64,000 nt of DNA from Leidyana gryllorum EB-2025a. Taxonomy: Eukaryota > Protista > Apicomplexa. A model generated the notes under the pieces. The model saw nothing but the letters and a program-made list of their open reading frames with translations. It ran no database searches and was not told where the DNA came from. The stretch lies in NCBI GenBank assembly GCA_048772705.1, contig JBLWGC010000140.1:282143-346142 (forward strand). The letters are read 5' to 3'. The position numbers were made by a program, and so were the translations under genes. The first letter of the stretch is position 1. Every line of letters starts with the position of its first letter. Of this stretch, positions 58,487-64,000 are shown piece by piece.

Positions 58487-60334
58487 TCACAATCGTAGTT
58501 TACGGCTCGGTTCGCAAGCAGTCAGAATTGCCCTAGGCGCTGGAGAAGGGCCGGTCGGTCGCTTTTCTGGTGGCCCGCGCAACGCCGCTCTACGGCTTAT
58601 CACCTGCACTTGAGCGGCCAACCGACCGAGGGTTTCATTTTGAGCTGCGATGCGCAGCAGCAACCGATCCTCGATCTCACGCAGATCTCTCAACTTGTTG
58701 TTCAGACTTCTGAGCTGAGCATCTTTGACGGCATCTGCTTCTTCGAGCCGAGAGCATTTGGCCTTCACATCTCTGATCTTTGCGTCGTGTTCGCGTTCTT
58801 GAACTTCAGCTGCATTCTTGGACAGCTCGATCTCAATGTTCTCGAACACTGTGTCGCACGGCTCCGCGAGGGAAAGGTCGTCATTTGGCGTCGACGGTCT
58901 CGTTCTCATCATTTCGTCTTCGACGTTGTGAAAAGTTGGTGGGCACTGTTTGCCTGTCACTTTCAGAGCGAAAGTCACGGGGCCTTTCCGTTCACAGTCG
59001 GGCGCCACAACATGAACAGAAGCGGTGACATTGCCAACTTTTGGGAGTTCATCGCGAATTCTTCGAATTAATTTGGCCAAATCCTCAAAGGATACTTTCC
59101 CATTGTGTCTCAGGTTTAAGACGTAATAATTGTCGGTCACCCCTTTAGACCATTTGAATGACTCGTACTCACGCAACAGTCTGTTTCCCTCCTCTCCGAG
59201 GTCGACCATCTTGGGCTCACCTGTGCCCGTCTCCATCATTGGGAACACTTTATTCACAATCTTGGCCGCAGTAACCTTAATTCCCGGCTGTGAGCCGTTC
59301 ATTGAGATGACATTCTCGGGACAGTAATTGGTGAAGGTGCCGTTCCTACACTGAAACGCCACGTCTCCGATAAAAGGCGCCTTCAGTTCCACTGATCCCC
59401 TCTCAGATCTGAAGAGAAATCGTTTGTTGCACTCCAATGGACACTCAAAAATCGATGTTCGCTCTTCAGTGGCGAGAAGAGTCACCGGAAGGTTAAGGGA
59501 GAGGGGGGAACCGTCAGTGAGTGATGGATTCTCAGACTTGAAGAATTGGGCTTTGAGTGTCAGTGATGTTATTCCATTCAGCGAGCGGTATTTCATTATC
59601 GGATCGATGATAGCGGGATTCAAAATATCTGGTGTCATGAGCATTCCACGGGGATACTCATGGATGCAATGCCGTTCTTCAGGTCCCTCTCCGAGACATA
59701 GTCTCACCTTAATTGGGCGGTAATGGGCAATCAATTCTCGGTCAAAACGGGCTTCAGTAAGGCCATATACGACCTTGTCATCATCCACAGTGAGCGACAG
59801 TGTACACAACGCGCAGTCTCTGTCTGTTTGGATGAGGTCACTCAGTTGGCTGAGATCTCTCATATTCGGTTGGGCGTAAACGTTTGCATCGGCGGCACAC
59901 TGAAAGCTCATTGTTTGGCGCCCCGTGGTGTCGGGTGCAGTGAGCGTAATTTTGTCCACAGAGTCGAGGAGCGTCAAGCGGCTTCGATCACGGGGTTTCT
60001 CGGGTTCGTACCTCCTTATGGTTAGCGGAAGATAAAAGTGTGAGGGTTTGTCGAATATCCATTCGAACGCTTCCACAGCGATGAAGCACTGCAGGTTGAT
60101 GACGGCCAAACTCAAGCATAAGTCTTTCGTGACTTCGGCCAATGTGTGAAAGTCGAGTGGTCCGTCGATCTTTCTGATCCGCAATTGCACAGCTTTTGTT
60201 CCCCCAGGGCGGAGCCATTCGACAGAGTCGCAGTCCTCGAGGAATGCCTTTGCGGACTTGGTCAAGACAACGGGTGCTTTTGTCATCGGTGTTGCAGATC
60301 CATTGGAAGTATAAAAAGGATTCTCAGTCGACAT
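58487..60334 (-). CDS. Array family copy N, 615 aa, short stalk
   Basis: Intact ORF. Confidence 0.88.
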   Translation of the reverse strand: MSTENPFYTSNGSATPMTKAPVVLTKSAKAFLEDCDSVEWLRPGGTKAVQLRIRKIDGPLDFHTLAEVTKDLCLSLAVINLQCFIAVEAFEWIFDKPSHFYLPLTIRRYEPEKPRDRSRLTLLDSVDKITLTAPDTTGRQTMSFQCAADANVYAQPNMRDLSQLSDLIQTDRDCALCTLSLTVDDDKVVYGLTEARFDRELIAHYRPIKVRLCLGEGPEERHCIHEYPRGMLMTPDILNPAIIDPIMKYRSLNGITSLTLKAQFFKSENPSLTDGSPLSLNLPVTLLATEERTSIFECPLECNKRFLFRSERGSVELKAPFIGDVAFQCRNGTFTNYCPENVISMNGSQPGIKVTAAKIVNKVFPMMETGTGEPKMVDLGEEGNRLLREYESFKWSKGVTDNYYVLNLRHNGKVSFEDLAKLIRRIRDELPKVGNVTASVHVVAPDCERKGPVTFALKVTGKQCPPTFHNVEDEMMRTRPSTPNDDLSLAEPCDTVFENIEIELSKNAAEVQEREHDAKIRDVKAKCSRLEEADAVKDAQLRSLNNKLRDLREIEDRLLLRIAAQNETLGRLAAQVQVISRRAALRGPPEKRPTGPSPAPRAILTACEPSRKLRL

Positions 60335-60694
60335 CGTGGACGATGGAAAATGGAGAAAAACAGATCAGAGATCAGTGAAGGTAGAGCACTTCCACCTCAG
60401 TGCCTTCACAGGTACATCACACGATTTTGCTCCGGAAAAAGTGGAAAGCGTTTGCGAGTCACAGCCTCGAACCTGAAAGGAAGAGGAGGTGAAAAGGCAG
60501 CAATGTCACCATACGTCGCTCACCCGATCTTCGACTGTTTGACTTTTGTACATACAAAAGTATGGGAGAGAGTGTCGAGTGTTCTGACGTTTGCTCTGAA
60601 CTCCTCTTTGTGTCGTTCTTTGGCCCTCTCACTACTGAAAAAGGAGGCGCGAGCCTAATATGAAATTCAGTTGAGGCCACAATCACCAAAGGAC

Positions 60695-62770
60695 TTAGTC
60701 GTCCAATGATAGTTCCATTGCGAGTTGCCGGAGCTTCATCGCCTCCGTCTTAGTGGTCAACTTAGCGATGGTCTCAACCTGAGTGTCCGCCCATTGTTTC
60801 ATTAGTTTCTTCTGCGCTGTCAATTGGCGGCTCAACTCACGGATGAGGGCATCTTGAGTGACCGCTCGCTGTTCCATCGCCTCACTCTTAGTGGTCAACT
60901 TAGCGATGGTCTCAACCTGAGTGTCCGCCCATTGTTTCATCAGTTTCTTCTGCGCTGTCAATTGGCGGCTCAACTCACGGATGAGGGCATCTTGAGTGAC
61001 CGCTCGCTGTTCCATCGCCTCAGTCTTAGTGGTCAAGTGAAGGAGAAGTTCCTCCTGATGTGCTGCTTGTTGCCTCCTTGCCTCAATCTCGGCGGTCAAT
61101 CTGGCATCTCGCTGTTCCGCTCGGGCCTTCACCTCAGTCAAAAACTTTATCTGTACCGATTGACTGGCCTTCACTTCCTGTAACTCACGGAACCGTCCAT
61201 ACAACTCCCCCAAGCTAGCTTCGCATTCACGCTGACACAGATCGGTAGCGTTCCTCGCGAGCTCGATTCCAATGTTGCCAACCGCTGAGCCACAACGTCG
61301 CTCTGGAGAGTCCTGTTGCATTTCTGGCAAATCTCGTGGAGTGGTACTGGCAGCATTGTAACCCGACTGTGAGTCTGGCGGTGGACACTTCTCGCCTGTG
61401 ACTTCCAAAGCGAACGTCACCGGGCCTCTCCTTTCGCAGTCGGGAGCAACAGCGTGAAGGGCGGCGGTAACCTCCCCGTATTTCGGTAACTCATCATGGA
61501 TTTTTCGCGTGAGTTCGGCCAGATCCTCCAATTTCACTTTCCCTTTGTGTCGGAGACTTAAGACGTAATGATTTGCGGCAGCATCTTTGAACCATTTGAA
61601 AGATTCACAATCTCGCAATAATTGGATCGTGCGATCTCCGGGATCGATCAATCGAGGCTCTTCTATTCCGGTTGTCATCATTGGAAACACTCGATTTTCA
61701 ATTCGGGCCGCATTGACTCTCACTCCGCAATTGCCTGAGGCCTCTGGCAATATTACGTTGTCGAGACAGTAATTAGTGAAGGTTCCGCTGCCGCACTGCA
61801 GACTCATATCTCCCCTAAGGTGGGCCTTCACTTCTAGCGATCCCGCTTCGGATTGGAAGACAAACGGCTGAATGCACTCCAACGGACACTCGAAGGTCGA
61901 CGTCTGATTATCAGTGGCGCAAAGGGTCAGCGGTATCTCAATCTTCAGATGAGAATCTTCGATGCTCTTTGGTCTCTCCCACTCGAAGGAGGGGGCTTTG
62001 CACGTCAGTTGGGTTATTCCGCTGAGAGCTCTGGATTCCATTATCTCTCTGATGTCCACCAGACTGGATGGATTCTGTGATATCAACATTCGTTCTCGAC
62101 GTTCGTAGATATAATGGCGTTCTTGGGGTCCATCTCCAAGAGACATAGTGACTATGATGGATTTCCAATCGAAGATCATTTCGCGGTCAAAGCAACTCTT
62201 ACACCAACCGTAGACACCTTCGACTTCTCCCGGATGGAGAGTCAATGAGCAAAGGTTCGAGTCTCTCTCCACTTGAATCAATTTACTCAACTCACAGAAC
62301 TCTCCGATATCCGGTTGTTTGTAGGCGTTTGCGTCGGCAGAACAGTGAAATCTCATTGTTTGGCGCCCATTGGAGTCGGGCGCAGTGAGTGTAATCTTAT
62401 CGATGGAGTCGAGAAACGTCGCACGACTTCGACCGCGGGGCTTCTTGGGTTCACATCGCTCGATCGTCAGTGGGAGCCAAAAGTGTGAGGGTTTGTTGTA
62501 CGTCCACTCGAACGCTTGGACCGCAATAGAGCATTGGACATTGAGGTTGACAAAATGGAAACACAAACTCTTAATTACGTCGGCCAATTTGTGGAGGTCG
62601 AGTGACCCTTCAGTCTTTCGGATCCGCAGTTGCACAGCATTGGTCTCTTCATAATGGAACCATTCAGCTGAGTCGCAGTCTCTCAGAAATGCAGTGGTGG
62701 TCGAAGACAATGTAATGGGTGCCTGTGCCATCGGTACTACAGCTCCACTAGAAGGGGGCAGGGAGGGCAT
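60695..62770 (-). CDS. Array family copy O, ~690 aa with a 126-bp (42-aa) stalk duplication; ends RQLAMELSLDD
   Basis: Intact ORF; first ATG at 62770; EAMEQRAVTQDALIRELSRQLTAQKKLMKQWADTQVETIAKLTTK occurs twice. Confidence 0.88.
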   Translation of the reverse strand: MPSLPPSSGAVVPMAQAPITLSSTTTAFLRDCDSAEWFHYEETNAVQLRIRKTEGSLDLHKLADVIKSLCFHFVNLNVQCSIAVQAFEWTYNKPSHFWLPLTIERCEPKKPRGRSRATFLDSIDKITLTAPDSNGRQTMRFHCSADANAYKQPDIGEFCELSKLIQVERDSNLCSLTLHPGEVEGVYGWCKSCFDREMIFDWKSIIVTMSLGDGPQERHYIYERRERMLISQNPSSLVDIREIMESRALSGITQLTCKAPSFEWERPKSIEDSHLKIEIPLTLCATDNQTSTFECPLECIQPFVFQSEAGSLEVKAHLRGDMSLQCGSGTFTNYCLDNVILPEASGNCGVRVNAARIENRVFPMMTTGIEEPRLIDPGDRTIQLLRDCESFKWFKDAAANHYVLSLRHKGKVKLEDLAELTRKIHDELPKYGEVTAALHAVAPDCERRGPVTFALEVTGEKCPPPDSQSGYNAASTTPRDLPEMQQDSPERRCGSAVGNIGIELARNATDLCQRECEASLGELYGRFRELQEVKASQSVQIKFLTEVKARAEQRDARLTAEIEARRQQAAHQEELLLHLTTKTEAMEQRAVTQDALIRELSRQLTAQKKLMKQWADTQVETIAKLTTKSEAMEQRAVTQDALIRELSRQLTAQKKLMKQWADTQVETIAKLTTKTEAMKLRQLAMELSLDD

Positions 62771-63104
62771 TGTTAACCACGAGACTCGAAGCAAAAAGGT
62801 GTCAAAGGATAAAAAGTGGGTCAAATCCGATCACATCAGATCTCTCCGAATGGGAAATGTGGACAGTGCCGTCGAGTTCCACACAACAGCGCACGTGAAG
62901 ATTAACGCCGCATCACAACACTCACGCGTTCGGATTGGATTCCCTTTGAATGTTCTCTCTGGGAACCTCGAATACCACAGGGTTTTGGTTATTTGATGCG
63001 ACCTATCAAAAAGTCAACCCGCGAGCCCTTCATTTGAAGGGACCGAATTTGCTATGTCTCCATTCGAGCAACGATTACGAATACCGACTTACCAATACTG
63101 ATGC

Positions 63105-64000
63105 TCAACTTAGCAGCAACATTTTCATTCCGAGTTGCCGCTGTTCCAACGCCTCAGTTTTGGTGGTCAACAGAGCGATATTCTCCAGCTGAGCTGCGCT
63201 CTGTCGCTCCATCATTTCAACCTGAGCCCTCAAGCTGGCGATGATGGCATCTTGAATCATCTCTCGTTCCTTTAACTGCTGATTTTCACGAATTAAAGTG
63301 GCCTCTCTCGCAGTCAAATCGGCGATAGTTGCAGCAGTGTCAGAGGTCAGCTGAGCAATAATCTCTGCCCGAGTCGCCAGAGTCTTGTCTTGCGCCGTCA
63401 GACGACTCTTCAGTTCCCCAATCGTTGCATCGTGGGACTCCTTCCACTGCATCGCCTGATTAAGTGTCAGATTGAGAGCTTTCAAGGCAGCCAACAGTGC
63501 TTCACTGAAAGTGAATTGGGCCATAGCTGTCTCCCGCATCCGATCCCACTCTTCTGTGGAGTCTCCAGTGCCCCCTCCAATGTGGAGTGACAGATTTCAA
63601 CGACTTTCCTCAGAGGCTCAATCTGGATGTCTCCTGACAGTGTACCAGCATCCCCTCCAAGCGTCTCGTCTGCGGTTCCCGTCGCACCGCTCCGGCGTCG
63701 TCGGTGTCATGCCGCCGCCGTCAGTCCCACAATCTGGCGGCAGCTACTTTTCTCCAGACATGTCCAAAGCAAAAAGAAGCGGAGCAGTACCGTTCACAGT
63801 CGCGTGCCTGAGGGTGACCGGAGGCGGTGACCTCTCCGGTCATCGGCAGCTCATCGTGAATTCTTTGTGTCAAATCGGCCGAATGATATTTCGATCTCAC
63901 TCTCCCTCTATGTTTCAGCTCCGAGACGTAATGATTTTCCAAAGATTCACACGCCGCAATAATTGGATCGCGCGATCTCCGCGATTATCTATTGGGCCGG
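63105..64000 (-). pseudogene. Array family copy P: 3' part, frameshifted, runs off the window edge
   Basis: NHYVSELKHRG..ADLTQRIHDELP and a stalk ending QRQLGMKMLLLS in separate ORFs. Confidence 0.75.

Noticed and set aside
25227-64000. Classical surface-antigen family or transposase/retroelement ORFs
   Set aside because: No N-terminal signal peptides, and no recognisable DDE, RT, integrase or gag zinc-knuckle motifs.

Overview
Eukaryotic DNA from a compact genome with short GT-AG introns. An oocyst-wall-type Cys-repeat protein and a BT1 transporter point to an apicomplexan, probably gregarine-like (inferred from gene content only). The window has two distinct compartments. (1) 1-24.2 kb is a very tightly packed block of mostly intron-containing genes: SNW1/SKIP, a GUP1-like MBOAT, a Pro/His-rich protein, a pseudokinase, Rab6, an IRP-type aconitase, a cold-shock-domain protein, a BT1 folate/biopterin transporter, an oocyst wall protein, a degenerate RHD3/SEY1-like GTPase and a SYP7-like SNARE. 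(2) 25.2-64 kb is a tandem array of about 16 intronless paralogues of a family I cannot assign: 8 intact, 1 with a late lesion, about 7 decayed or truncated. Each has a ~430-aa head built from internally repeated modules around a beta-rich segment, and most add a Ser/Thr linker, a conserved neck motif and a coiled-coil stalk that varies in whole-heptad units. Termini differ between copies (N-myristoylation motif, C-terminal transmembrane anchor, or a conserved QRxxGMKLSL end). The array shows near-identical exchange tracts, micro-inversions and a solo-LTR-like insertion, and is the main candidate for an undescribed system. Exon models are read by eye.
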